Positions 43,993-54,141 of a DNA stretch of 64,000 bases are shown one piece after another. Made by a program: the position numbers and the translations under genes. How positions within the stretch are numbered: position 1 is the stretch's first letter; each line of letters starts with the position of its first letter. This DNA is from an uncultured Candidatus Peribacteria bacterium (GTDB lineage Bacteria > Patescibacteriota > Gracilibacteria > Peribacterales > Peribacteraceae), in NCBI GenBank assembly GCA_964648045.1, contig CAZYNU010000001.1, positions 17,208 through 81,207 of the forward strand, in the 5' to 3' direction. The notes under the pieces are model-generated. The model was given only the letters and a program-made list of their open reading frames with translations. It had not been told where the DNA came from and made no database searches.

Positions 43993-46900
43993 TCAAGGAA
44001 AGACCCGCACGATCACCTGCGTAGCCGACTCACGGCGGAAATCAGTGGTGGCGTTCGTGAGGCCCCAATCGTCCACGTATGTATTGCGTGAGTACATCGA
44101 CTTACGCACATTACTGACGGTATTCCAAGTAATGGAGCCCTCGGCAAAGACCGTCTCGATGAGCTTGTCGTAAAACTTCTCCTCGTCCTTGATGTAGCCA
44201 CTCAATTCCACAAGACCATCGTGAAGCCGATGCTTGGCGTTACTGCGGTCGCTCCAGGCCACCTCATAGGGGAAGATATTCAGAATGCGCCACAGGCGAT
44301 CGGACGTGCCGCCGCTGCGGTCGTTTTTAAGGACGTGCCGAGCCATGCGCTTCCAGTCGTCGCCCAGATCACCCGAGAATATATTGGGGCGGATCTTGAG
44401 CCACTCGGCACCGGGGTTCTTGCCGAGATCAGAGAAGTTCAGCTGCGTCGGATCGGCTACGTCTTTGGCCTTGATGCGGTAGTACTGCAAGCGGTGACCG
44501 CCGTTGTCCTCGTCTGGCTGATGAGTCTTGGAACCGAAGTTATTAATCTCTTTGGAATCGTTTTTTGGATCAAAGGACGGGTGGCGAGCGAGGATGATCC
44601 ACGCCTCGCCCTTCGGATCATTGAAACGTCCGATGCTGACGCGCTCTTTGGAACCAGGTGAGACCGGCACCGAGACAAGCTCCTTCCCGTTCATCACGGC
44701 CTTACGAACGTCGAAGCGCCAGCCAGCAATCTTCTCGGCGTGGGCGGTGGCATCTTTCTCAAGCCCGTCACGCAGTGCGCCGGCCCCCTTCTCGTTGAGC
44801 ATCTTTTCAAATTCAGCCACGCGCTTAATGGAGAGAGCCGTCCTCACGGCCGTCATCTCTTTCTCGCTGAGACGATCAAGGAGGGGCAGAAGCTCTTTCT
44901 TCACGAACGGCGGAAAATTTTTCTCCCAGTAGTCACCAGCCTTCAAACGCTCATACTCGGCAGCCGTCGCCTTGTGCTTGGCCAGCGACTGGTACACATC
45001 CATACAAACGAAGTAGGCATTCGTACCGAACTTCTCACACTCTTTTTGGATATCTCGGTCCTTCGCCATCGTGAGCAATTTCCCCTCAATGATCTCATGC
45101 AAGCGCATGGCCTGCTCGTAGCTGTAGCGCGTCTCTTTCAACTGCTCCTCCAACTTGGGCTTCAGCTCCTTCACGCCCTCCAACAGATCTTTCACGTTGC
45201 CGACCAGCTGCGGGACCATGATCGGCTTGTAGTCGCGATCAAAGGCAGGGAATCCATTGCGTCCCATAGCTTGTACCGGACGGTAGATCAGAACTTTCTC
45301 CAGCCCCTTCATGCGATCGCCTTCATTGGCACGAATGTACTCGGCCTTCAGTTGGGCCACCTCCTCGGAACGCTTGGTCTCGGCCGACTTGGCGAGTTCG
45401 TCCTGCGTGCGGCGTTCAGCCTCGATAGGCTTGAGGTGCTCCTCCAGGCCAGCGGCGGAACCGGGATACTGTTTGCAAAAATCCGCAAAGGAGACGGTAC
45501 GCGCCTCGCTGTAGGTCACCGAGTTGATTTGCTGGCGACCGCGATAGTAGAACTGACGCTGGGCACCGCGAATCTCCACCGTCCACGAAGCGCGATCACC
45601 ACTAGGACAGATGAAGGAGTAGAGCTGCAGATCGCCGGTGTTGGTGCGCGACTGAAGCAAGAGAAGCTGCGGAGCTGAGTCCATACCGCGCCGCACGAGT
45701 GAGGCGAGGTAGTCCACCGTCTGGCGGCCGTTGATACCGGCGTCCATATCGAGCAGGCCGGGCAGCTCGCCTTGCACCAGGAACGGTGCCCCCTTGGTCT
45801 CGAAGCGATCTTTCACGTTGGCGGCCCACACCTTCTGCGCGCCCACCTTACCCTTGAGCACAGCCTCGCTGAGCTTGGCACGAATATTGCGCAACTGCTG
45901 ACTCGTCACCATCTCGCGAGAGGAAGCCATCTGTTGAATGGCGGTATACGTCTCGGCCAGCAGGGCGTCGGCTACATCTTTCGAGAGCGTTTCGCTCAAA
46001 TCTTTGGTGGCGGCGTGCACCTGCGCCATCAACTGAAAGAGTTCGTCACGAATACCGATGGTCGGCACGTTGAGCGACTGCGCGCCCTTGAAGATGTTGA
46101 TGCCGGGCCCCTTCCACTCTTTGTAGAGCGAGTCGAAATCTTGGCCGAGCGCATCCATGATACTCAGCTTCTGTTCCACCTTGAGGGCTTTGGCCAACTC
46201 GGCGCCGTAGTCCTCGGGTTTCATGTCCGGATAGGCCGAGCGAGACACGGCGCGATTGCGGCGCATGGCGTCGGCAATGGTCTGCACCAAACCGGCCTGC
46301 ATGAACTCGGTCGACGGGGCATGCTCACCGTTGTAGTTGGCCAGATCACCAAGCCACACCTTGCGGTCGTAGACGCCGAGATAGTTGGCCAAACTCACAT
46401 CCTTAGCTGTCTCGGTAAGCAGTTCGCGGTAGGCCTGGAAGGCCTTAAAGAGCGGATCGGTCACCTTCTCCGCACCACCCGCCTTGGACGCCAAACCGTC
46501 AACGTAGTCGCGAGCCTTCTTCAACCCCGGTGCGTCCTTGCCGGTACCTGCCAGGGCGTAGCGCACGAGGTTGTCGTTGCGTACGGCCTTGCCGCCGTCG
46601 CGCGTGGCCAGCTCTACACCACCCAGCGTGTCGCCCGCTTCGAATGCACCGGCAGCCTTAAGACCGGCTTCCAGTTCCCGCTCCTGCCCGGCCAAGGAGG
46701 TAACGTGGATGTGCAACGTGACTGACTGCGTCTTGGCCCACTCCTTCACATCGGACACTTTGCGCAGCTCCCAGAGCTTGAGCGCAATCGGACTCTCCTT
46801 TCCCCCCTTGGCCACGGCCTGGTCGACGCGCGCGTTCCAATCGTCGAGGGTGTGATAGTAGTCGCCACTCAGCATGCCCGACGGCGAGGCCAAGTTGGCC

Positions 46901-48603
46901 GGGCGCGTCATGTAGTTGCGGAAGTCACGATCGGGATCGACGGTAGAGACGCCAGTGATCTCGGCCAACTCCTCGAGGCCGCCGATGGCGAAGTCACCGG
47001 AGACGGTGGCGAGCAGATTCCCCACCACGTCTTTGGTGGCCGACTCGGGAATGTTCTTGTCGGCCCAGGTGCAGATTTTCTCGATGGTGTCTTGCGAGGC
47101 GAAGGCCACGGCCATGCCGATGGCAAAGAGCACATAGGGATTCTTGGGCGCCGCCTTCAGAATGCCGGCAACGCGCAGCGCGTTGCCCGCCGCCAGAGCC
47201 GCCTTCGACGTGGCCTTACCCACCATGATGAACGACGCGAACTGCATCGTGGCCTTCACCTTGTTGGGCGATTCGTGCAGGTAGAGCCCCCAGAGCAGCA
47301 CGGTCACGGGGCTTTCGATGGCCAGAAGTTCGCCCCAGAACTTGGGGCCGAGCGGCATGCGATTGAAAGCACCAAAAAGCTTGCCGAGCGTTTCGACCGG
47401 CATGCCCACCTTGCCCATCTGGGCGCAGACCTGCTCCCAACCCTTGATGACACCCATGCGCGCGGCGGGGGCGAGATCGCGCAGGATCGGGATTTTTTGG
47501 AGCGTCCGTTTGTTCACCGCTTCCCAGCTCAAGTATTCCTCGAGCACCTCCTCGGCCGCCTCGTTGATGATGACACCCATGTAGAGAAGCCACTGGTCAT
47601 TGTCGACTTGCGGCTGCTTGATAACCTTGCGCTCGTAGAGATCGCGATTCACCAGGAAGGTAACAATGCCCTCCACCTGGTTCTTGCCCACCTCGCCGCC
47701 CAGATTGCGACGCATGGCTAGAGCCACGCGGTTGGAAACCGTCATGCGCTCCTCGTTGAGCTTGGCGTACTGGGCGAGCACCGCGGGCTTCGTACGAGTG
47801 GCGACATCGCGCGCCTGCGAGGGCGGTAGCACCGGGCGGGCGAGCGAGGCGATGAATTGGTGTAATTCCGCCTCGGTGCAGTCGGCGGGGAATCCCATCT
47901 CCTTCAGGAAGATCTCGCGGCCGGCCGTGCGGCAGTCGATCTCGTATTTCTGGCGGCGCTTGGCGAAATTGAGCAGCGCCTCGCCGGCGGTCGCCACGGG
48001 ATCGGGCGGCGGCTGGCGGAGCGCCGGCGCGAGGGCGGCGCGCATCGCCTTGGCCTCGTCCGACAGAGCCTCGTATTCTTTAGTGAGTTCGGGCTTGGCG
48101 CCGGCGGGGGGCGGCAACGGCTTACCCTCACCGAACAGGAAGCGTACGGCCTCCTCGGCCTCGGGCCCCTTGGCGCCGGAGTAGGCGGAGACGCTCGCCA
48201 CGTTGTCGGCCATCACCTTGGCGTAGGCCGTCTCGTGCGCGATGGCCGCCTTCACGATGGGAAGCGAAAGGAGGAGCTCAATCTTCTTTTTGGCCGTTTC
48301 GCTGTCTTTTTGTTCGAGCGAAGTGAGCAGCTGTTCGATCTGGCCGAACATCTCTTCCAGCTTGGCCGCGTCCATGTGACCGGCAGCCTGAAGGGCATCC
48401 CACGTCGTCTTAAGTCCGTCGAGCTGGCCTCGAGTAGCCACAAACGGCGCCGACTGCGTGCGACCACGCGAGAGGAAGTCGTGGAACACTTTCAGGTCGC
48501 CCGTGAGCACCTCCGGCTGCTTGGCCAGTTTTTCCTGCAGGCGCAGGCGCTGGGCCACGAACGAGTCGGGTGCGGCGGCCGGTGCGGCTTTGGGTGTTTC
48601 CAC
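43993..48603 (-). CDS. Giant hypothetical protein (1536 aa) with an internal hydrophobic cluster
   Basis: Long uninterrupted ORF with normal-looking amino-acid composition and no motif I recognise. Hydrophobic segments lie around aa 430-510. Confidence 0.7.
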   Translation of the reverse strand: METPKAAPAAAPDSFVAQRLRLQEKLAKQPEVLTGDLKVFHDFLSRGRTQSAPFVATRGQLDGLKTTWDALQAAGHMDAAKLEEMFGQIEQLLTSLEQKDSETAKKKIELLLSLPIVKAAIAHETAYAKVMADNVASVSAYSGAKGPEAEEAVRFLFGEGKPLPPPAGAKPELTKEYEALSDEAKAMRAALAPALRQPPPDPVATAGEALLNFAKRRQKYEIDCRTAGREIFLKEMGFPADCTEAELHQFIASLARPVLPPSQARDVATRTKPAVLAQYAKLNEERMTVSNRVALAMRRNLGGEVGKNQVEGIVTFLVNRDLYERKVIKQPQVDNDQWLLYMGVIINEAAEEVLEEYLSWEAVNKRTLQKIPILRDLAPAARMGVIKGWEQVCAQMGKVGMPVETLGKLFGAFNRMPLGPKFWGELLAIESPVTVLLWGLYLHESPNKVKATMQFASFIMVGKATSKAALAAGNALRVAGILKAAPKNPYVLFAIGMAVAFASQDTIEKICTWADKNIPESATKDVVGNLLATVSGDFAIGGLEELAEITGVSTVDPDRDFRNYMTRPANLASPSGMLSGDYYHTLDDWNARVDQAVAKGGKESPIALKLWELRKVSDVKEWAKTQSVTLHIHVTSLAGQERELEAGLKAAGAFEAGDTLGGVELATRDGGKAVRNDNLVRYALAGTGKDAPGLKKARDYVDGLASKAGGAEKVTDPLFKAFQAYRELLTETAKDVSLANYLGVYDRKVWLGDLANYNGEHAPSTEFMQAGLVQTIADAMRRNRAVSRSAYPDMKPEDYGAELAKALKVEQKLSIMDALGQDFDSLYKEWKGPGINIFKGAQSLNVPTIGIRDELFQLMAQVHAATKDLSETLSKDVADALLAETYTAIQQMASSREMVTSQQLRNIRAKLSEAVLKGKVGAQKVWAANVKDRFETKGAPFLVQGELPGLLDMDAGINGRQTVDYLASLVRRGMDSAPQLLLLQSRTNTGDLQLYSFICPSGDRASWTVEIRGAQRQFYYRGRQQINSVTYSEARTVSFADFCKQYPGSAAGLEEHLKPIEAERRTQDELAKSAETKRSEEVAQLKAEYIRANEGDRMKGLEKVLIYRPVQAMGRNGFPAFDRDYKPIMVPQLVGNVKDLLEGVKELKPKLEEQLKETRYSYEQAMRLHEIIEGKLLTMAKDRDIQKECEKFGTNAYFVCMDVYQSLAKHKATAAEYERLKAGDYWEKNFPPFVKKELLPLLDRLSEKEMTAVRTALSIKRVAEFEKMLNEKGAGALRDGLEKDATAHAEKIAGWRFDVRKAVMNGKELVSVPVSPGSKERVSIGRFNDPKGEAWIILARHPSFDPKNDSKEINNFGSKTHQPDEDNGGHRLQYYRIKAKDVADPTQLNFSDLGKNPGAEWLKIRPNIFSGDLGDDWKRMARHVLKNDRSGGTSDRLWRILNIFPYEVAWSDRSNAKHRLHDGLVELSGYIKDEEKFYDKLIETVFAEGSITWNTVSNVRKSMYSRNTYVDDWGLTNATTDFRRESATQVIVRVFP

Positions 48604-48652
48604 GAGCGGGTATGTGTGCGTTGGTCGGATTCACTCCCCCCTCCCATCGTGC

Positions 48653-51115
48653 TCACTTACGCTTGATCTTGGGATGCGCGCCGGCCTTGAGGGCGGCCTC
48701 CACATCGGCCTTCACGTCGCCCTCACTGCGACCGTCCACCTTAATGTCGAGCTTCACCGCCAGGTCGGCGATGGCGCGGGCATCCATCTTGCCCAGATCG
48801 ATGCGGGCGGGGTCAATCTCGGTCTCGGCAGTGCGGCCGCTCGCGTCACCTTCAACACGAGCCTCATCGACTACGACGTCATCGGCAGCTTCCAGAGCTT
48901 TGATCCTCTCTTCCAATTCCAAGATGCGCGCCCGGTCTGCCTCTCGCTCTTTGCGGAGCGTGGCCAATTCAGCCTTTGCCTCAGCCATGGCTTCAGTCGG
49001 CGTCTGGCCCGGCTTCAGGAAGCCTTCCAGGTAACCAATCAGACTGCCGCGTTTCACCGCACGTGCGGGGCCAGAAATGAGCGTGCGATCGAAGAGACTT
49101 GGAATACCGTTGGCAATGCGAGAGAACGGACGGCGGAAGCCGATACGGTTCTCACCCAGGCGAGCGAAGCCGCCGCGACCACCAAGTGCATAAGCAGTTG
49201 CCAAACCGGCGGCGCCGAACACGAGCCACTTCAAGAAGTCATCGTCTTCGCCCTTCTGGTTACCGGCGGCGATGTCGGCCTCCACCTTCTTGTCTTGGTG
49301 GGCCTGGATGTTCTCCATGACCAATCCTTCCAGCTTGCCCATGGCACGGGCATACGCATTCCAGTGGCCACGCATCTGCAGGTAGAGCGCCACGTAGGCG
49401 GCAAGCATGCGCGGACCGTCTTTGGGATCAAGATCGGCAATATCGGCCGCAGTCAGACCCTTGGTGACGAATTGCTCCACTAAGGCAGGGTCTGCCTTCT
49501 TGCCCAGCAGCACCTCGGCGCTGGTCTTCTTACGCAAGCTCTCAAGCATCACCAGATCGGTCTCGAATTCTTTGGCCGGACCTTCCACCTCGGCACGGCA
49601 CTTTTCGATATTCGCCTTCACCGAGGTCATCTTGGCCTCGTGCTTCGCCTTGGCGCCGGGCCAGCGCTTATCCTCTTCAAGATCTTTCCAATCTTTGGCG
49701 CTGTTCAAGTCGAAATCCTCGGGCAGACCCATCGCCTTCAGGAGACCGGCCATGTTGTCCTTCGCGTACTCACTGCCCTCCTTTGTGGAGAGGACCTTCT
49801 TCATGCTGAAGTCGAGTGTATCGGCCACGGTGTCGCCCAAAGTGGAACGTGTGACACCAACTGCCACTTTGCGCGGGCCGTTCACCACCATCGAGCGAAC
49901 GCCGCCGCGGTACTTGGCAAGCAGATTGAGCACCATGGCGGCGCGGGCAGAGGCCTGCTCCGTCCAAAGCTGCTCCAGCTTCATGTCCCAACGCTTCGTG
50001 CTGAGAAGGTGATCTTTCTCGAAGCCCTTAGCGGGACGCCCCGGGCGCGGCCCCAAGACCATGTCGAAGTGACCGCGGAAATTTTCGGTGAGGGCATCCA
50101 CCGTGCTGCCCATGATTTTCTCGCCTTCAGCAGCGGCCGCGTTGGCCAAGGGAATGCTTGGCGCCTTAGCCACAGCTGCAGGCTTTTGATACTGGCGTTG
50201 CCCCTCGGGAATCGTGAACTCCTCAATATCCGCGATGTTCTCCAGGCCGGTATGGCGCAGGAGCGATTCCAATTCCACACCAAGCGACGCTCCGACCTTC
50301 TGAAGAGCCGCGACCTCGCCCCGGAATTTCTCGGCCAGGGCATTCTTCTCTTCTTGAGTCACCGTCCCCTTTTTGAGAAGCAGACGCAACTCCACCTCGT
50401 ACTCGTTCCCCTTCTTAAGAATTAGGCTGTTGTTCTGGCGCAGCGCCCGATCGATCAGGTCGCCGTAGAGGGCATTCGTCAGAACGGGCAAAGGATTCAC
50501 AGCCTCCTTAAGGGCCTCCGTCGCACGCTGAAGCGCGGTGATATCGTTGGTGCCCCACAGCGCCAAGCGGGCGGCGGCGGCGGTATTGAATTTCTTCAAT
50601 TGGTCTTGCACTGCCTTCTCCAAAGCCGGATCAGCCGCGACGCCATAGGCCGCATGCTGCTTCTTCAACACCAGGTAACGATCGATCATACCGAAGTTCC
50701 GCTCAATCAGACCCGGTAGGACCGTGTAAAACGCCTCGCGTCCGGAGGCATATTTCTCCTCGTCGGTCGGCACCGCACGCGTCTTGTCGTTGACTTGCTG
50801 CAAGCGCAGCAGCTGCGCCTGAGTTTGGTTGATCACCGAGAGCGCTTCAATGGTACGCTGATCCTTACCGTCAAACTTGGCCCGCATGTCGCGGAGTAAG
50901 TCGGCATGACGCTGATCGACGGCCGTCTTCGGATCGATCTTCTGGCCCTCGACATAGCCGCGAGCTGTATTGGGGCCACTCCCACCGAAGAGTCGACGCG
51001 CTTCCGTAAACTCCGGAAATGCCTTACGTAAATCGTCGATATCCGCCGGGAGGGGAACCTCCTTGGGGTTGCGGGTATTTTCGACGTCTTTCCGAGCGGG
51101 CAATTTCTCGTCCAT
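48653..51115 (-). CDS. Large hypothetical protein (820 aa), helix-rich with one hydrophobic segment
   Basis: Uninterrupted ORF. FLKWLVFGAAGLATAYALGG is the only hydrophobic stretch. The C-terminus is coiled-coil-like (AELATLRKEREADRARILELEERIKALE). Confidence 0.7.
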   Translation of the reverse strand: MDEKLPARKDVENTRNPKEVPLPADIDDLRKAFPEFTEARRLFGGSGPNTARGYVEGQKIDPKTAVDQRHADLLRDMRAKFDGKDQRTIEALSVINQTQAQLLRLQQVNDKTRAVPTDEEKYASGREAFYTVLPGLIERNFGMIDRYLVLKKQHAAYGVAADPALEKAVQDQLKKFNTAAAARLALWGTNDITALQRATEALKEAVNPLPVLTNALYGDLIDRALRQNNSLILKKGNEYEVELRLLLKKGTVTQEEKNALAEKFRGEVAALQKVGASLGVELESLLRHTGLENIADIEEFTIPEGQRQYQKPAAVAKAPSIPLANAAAAEGEKIMGSTVDALTENFRGHFDMVLGPRPGRPAKGFEKDHLLSTKRWDMKLEQLWTEQASARAAMVLNLLAKYRGGVRSMVVNGPRKVAVGVTRSTLGDTVADTLDFSMKKVLSTKEGSEYAKDNMAGLLKAMGLPEDFDLNSAKDWKDLEEDKRWPGAKAKHEAKMTSVKANIEKCRAEVEGPAKEFETDLVMLESLRKKTSAEVLLGKKADPALVEQFVTKGLTAADIADLDPKDGPRMLAAYVALYLQMRGHWNAYARAMGKLEGLVMENIQAHQDKKVEADIAAGNQKGEDDDFLKWLVFGAAGLATAYALGGRGGFARLGENRIGFRRPFSRIANGIPSLFDRTLISGPARAVKRGSLIGYLEGFLKPGQTPTEAMAEAKAELATLRKEREADRARILELEERIKALEAADDVVVDEARVEGDASGRTAETEIDPARIDLGKMDARAIADLAVKLDIKVDGRSEGDVKADVEAALKAGAHPKIKRK

Positions 51116-51162
51116 ATGAAGGGGTGGGTGTGGATATTGTGAGCAGTGGCAGAGGCGGAGGC

Positions 51163-51615
51163 TTACACGCCGCCGTCAATACCGCCGTACGATTCAAAGG
51201 CACCACCGGCGTCTCCGCCCGTAATACCCGGCGAGGCCAGCCTCTGAGTAGCCTTACCAAAACGACTGAACCAATTCAGGCCCGTGCCAGTAGCGGCACC
51301 CTCGGTGGCTCCGAAGGCATTGAAGAGATAGGGCGTACCAAAATAGAGCGCGGCAGCAATGGCGGCCGCACGGCCGATCTTACCCACCGTACCACCGCCG
51401 AGCAGGCCTTCGACAGGCTTGAACGTGAGCCACTTCCAGAGCGTTCCCAGCACGGGGCGCTCCTGGCTGTAGATGTACTCGGAGAACCAACCTTTCTGCT
51501 GGGCCGTACGAACATCCTCAACGGAGTTAGAAAGTTCGCGGCGATCCGTTGGGCGGTTGGAACGACCATTAGCGGGAAGTTCAGGGGCCGTGTTCTGGTC
51601 GGAGGCGCGTGACAT
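51163..51615 (-). CDS. Gly/Ala-rich small membrane protein (150 aa)
   Basis: GLLGGGTVGKIGRAAAIAAALYFGTPYLF hydrophobic core. Lies 14 nt downstream of the preceding gene. Confidence 0.55.
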   Translation of the reverse strand: MSRASDQNTAPELPANGRSNRPTDRRELSNSVEDVRTAQQKGWFSEYIYSQERPVLGTLWKWLTFKPVEGLLGGGTVGKIGRAAAIAAALYFGTPYLFNAFGATEGAATGTGLNWFSRFGKATQRLASPGITGGDAGGAFESYGGIDGGV

Positions 51616-51629
51616 AGGAGGAGGGAGAA

Positions 51630-52043
51630 TTAGCGGTTAAAGGAAAGGAGCAAACCGTGGCGAAGACTGGAAAGATCGGCGACCTCTTGCAGATCTTGTC
51701 CCGACTTCACGGCCGGCAACGCTTCGGCAATGAGCACGCGGAAGACATCGGGGCCCCAGGCAAAAGCCAGTTCCATGACGTCGTCTTTGGAGATGGACGA
51801 CAGGTCCACGCTCTCGGCCATGTCGATGAGTTCGTCGGCCGTAAACGTCTGCGACTTGGCCTTTTCTTGAAAGGCATGGAGGGCCGGATTCTTCAGATGC
51901 ATCTGGCGCAGTCGGCTTTCGCGGTGCTGATCGGTATCGGTAAACGTGAGCGTCTCGCGCTCGACTGTAGCGTGCGCCTGCACGTCGGCAGGCAAGGCAT
52001 CGAAGAGCTTCTGTTCGGCGTCGGTAAGGTGGAGAGTGGGCAT
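51630..52043 (-). CDS. Hypothetical protein (137 aa), first gene of the operon
   Basis: The start is trimmed to MPTLHLTDAEQKLF. Soluble and acidic, with no motif. Confidence 0.55.
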   Translation of the reverse strand: MPTLHLTDAEQKLFDALPADVQAHATVERETLTFTDTDQHRESRLRQMHLKNPALHAFQEKAKSQTFTADELIDMAESVDLSSISKDDVMELAFAWGPDVFRVLIAEALPAVKSGQDLQEVADLSSLRHGLLLSFNR

Positions 52044-52085
52044 AGCAGAGAGAAGTGTGGCGGGAAGAAAGACTGAAATCCATTC

Positions 52086-52094
52086 ATTGTACCA
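52086..52094 (-). promoter_or_regulatory. Extended -10 element TGGTACAAT
   Basis: On the minus strand, 42 nt upstream of ATG 52043, in an AT-rich divergent region. Confidence 0.35.
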
Positions 52095-52253
52095 AATTTC
52101 GTCTCTTTTCTCAATCAAGACTCCGGAATGCCAGGCACGTCGACCGATTGACTTCCATAAAAAAGAGGATATTTTCTGCGCGTTTTGTCACCCGTTCCTT
52201 CACCGCAGAGGTCTCCCGTGAGAATTATTCGCTGTTACGTCCATCCCAAGACC

Positions 52254-52754
52254 ATGGCCTCCCGCGACGGCCATGACGACCCGCTGGGCGAAGTGAGTTT
52301 CTTCCAGGCGTTCGTCGAACGCTACCCCAACGACGTCGATATCACTCTCGTAGAGTGGCCCACGGCCGAGACGCCAAAGGCTCCAACGGCTAAAGGTAAT
52401 CGCACGCTTCGCGGCGGCATCGGCAACGTGCCTGCCCCCCTGCTGAAGCCGAAGCTCGTGGATGTGCTGATCACCCACCTGACCCAGGCCAAGCAGCCAG
52501 CGCTCGTCCTCCCCTCCTACCACCTCTCGAGCACCGAGCTCGACCGCCTCGTCGCCTTCTGCCTGGAGCAGGGCCACATCCCGTTCATCTGCAGCGAGAT
52601 GATGCTCAGCGCCGAGAAGCGCGCCACCGACGTCTACCTGTGGCGCGAGATGGACCGCCTAATCGCCAAGATCCGACCGATCCAGCCGACCTGCAACGGC
52701 CAGTGCCCGAAGAAGCCGAAGAATAAACGGGAGTCCACCCTCATCCCCGCCTGA
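52254..52754 (+). CDS. Hypothetical protein
   Basis: 166 aa from MASRDGHDD with no motif. Followed by a strong terminator. Confidence 0.5.
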   Translation: MASRDGHDDPLGEVSFFQAFVERYPNDVDITLVEWPTAETPKAPTAKGNRTLRGGIGNVPAPLLKPKLVDVLITHLTQAKQPALVLPSYHLSSTELDRLVAFCLEQGHIPFICSEMMLSAEKRATDVYLWREMDRLIAKIRPIQPTCNGQCPKKPKNKRESTLIPA

Positions 52755-52777
52755 CAGTCCCGTGACTGTCGCCCCTG

Positions 52778-52806
52778 CCCCTGCCGCTCGCGGCAGGGGC
52801 CTTTTT
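52778..52806 (+). terminator. Intrinsic terminator
   Basis: CCCCTGCCG-loop-CGGCAGGGG followed by CCTTTTT. Confidence 0.7.
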
Positions 52807-52823
52807 CTGAAAGAATCAGCACC

Positions 52824-53495
52824 ATGCTCTCCATCGTCTCTACGCCCATCGGCAACCTCGGCGACATCACGCTGCGTGCGCTCGAAGCGTTCAAGACCTG
52901 CGCGGCCGTGGCCTGCGAGGACACGCGCGTGACAGGCCAGCTGCTCAAGCACCTGGGACTCGAGAAGAAAGAGCTCATTAGCCTGCACGGCTACAGCGAC
53001 CCCCGCCGCACTGACGGCGTGGTGGAGCGGCTCAAGCTGGGCGAGCATATCGTGCTCGTGAGCGACGCCGGTACTCCCGGCATCAGCGACCCCGGCTTCT
53101 TGCTGGTGTCCAAGGCGCGCGCGGCTGGCGTGAGGGTGGAAGCCGTGCCCGGCGCGGCCGCTTTCCTGGCGGCGCTCTCGGTAAGCGGCCTGCCAATCCA
53201 TCGCTTCCGCTATCTCGGCTTCCTGCCGCTCAAAAAAGGACGGCAAACGCTGCTCAAGACCTTCGCCGCCGAGGAGGACACCATCGTCTTCTACGAGTCA
53301 GTCCACCGCATCGAGCGCACGCTGCTCGAGCTGGCCGACGTACTGGCCACACAGCCCGAACGACGCGTGGTCGTGGCACGCGAGCTGACGAAGATGCACG
53401 AAGAGATCGTCGACGTCACTGTTGTCGGTCTGCCCGACGCCGCCCGCGCCATAACCAAGAAGGGCGAGTTCGTCGTGATGATCGGGCCACTCTGA
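52824..53495 (+). CDS. rsmI: 16S rRNA (cytidine1402-2'-O)-methyltransferase
   Basis: 223 aa. VSTPIGNLGDITLRAL ... ACEDTR ... SDAGTPGISDPG pattern. Confidence 0.9.
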   Translation: MLSIVSTPIGNLGDITLRALEAFKTCAAVACEDTRVTGQLLKHLGLEKKELISLHGYSDPRRTDGVVERLKLGEHIVLVSDAGTPGISDPGFLLVSKARAAGVRVEAVPGAAAFLAALSVSGLPIHRFRYLGFLPLKKGRQTLLKTFAAEEDTIVFYESVHRIERTLLELADVLATQPERRVVVARELTKMHEEIVDVTVVGLPDAARAITKKGEFVVMIGPL

Positions 53496-53559
53496 GAACA
53501 CGAGCACGTCAAGCGCGCTCGACGGTGACACGGGCCGTCTTCTGGTACCATCATCGGTG

Positions 53560-54141
53560 ATGATCGCCCACCTGCGCGGCACCGTCGGCAAGGGGAAGCC
53601 CGGGGTGATGACGGTGGACGTCCAAGGCGTGGGATACCGCGTGCTCGCACCCATGTCGGTGTGGGACCAGTTGGAGGACGGACGGACGGCGACCGTGCAC
53701 ATCTCAAGCTATATCCGCGAAGATCGCTTCGATCTGTTTGGCTTTGCCGACGCGGGCGGCAAGGCACTGTTCGAGGCGCTCATCGAATGCCAGGGCGTGG
53801 GGCCCAAGATGGGCCTCGAGCTCTGCGACGTACCTCGCTCCTTGCTCATGCAAGCCATCGCCGAGGACGACGCAAGCGTCTTGAAAAACGTGAAGGGTGT
53901 CGGTACAAAGACGGCCGAAAAACTTCTGCTCGAGCTGAAGAATCTCTCGGAAAAAGACCCTGGACTGTTCGCTGCCCCGGCCGCCATGAGCGAGCTTGGG
54001 CCCCATCTGGACCGCGACGCCGTCGCCGCCCTGGTGCAGCTCGGGTACGCGCAAGAGCTGGTGATGGAGACGCTCAAGGCGCTCCCCCGCTCGCTCAAAA
54101 CCACTGAAGACCGCGTGACCGCCGCCCTTCGCAGCCTATGA
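53560..54141 (+). CDS. ruvA: Holliday junction DNA helicase RuvA
   Basis: MIAHLRGTV..., GVGYRV and the helix-hairpin-helix segments (VGPKMGLELC, VKGVGTKTAEKLL). GTG 53557 is also possible. Confidence 0.9.
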   Translation: MIAHLRGTVGKGKPGVMTVDVQGVGYRVLAPMSVWDQLEDGRTATVHISSYIREDRFDLFGFADAGGKALFEALIECQGVGPKMGLELCDVPRSLLMQAIAEDDASVLKNVKGVGTKTAEKLLLELKNLSEKDPGLFAAPAAMSELGPHLDRDAVAALVQLGYAQELVMETLKALPRSLKTTEDRVTAALRSL

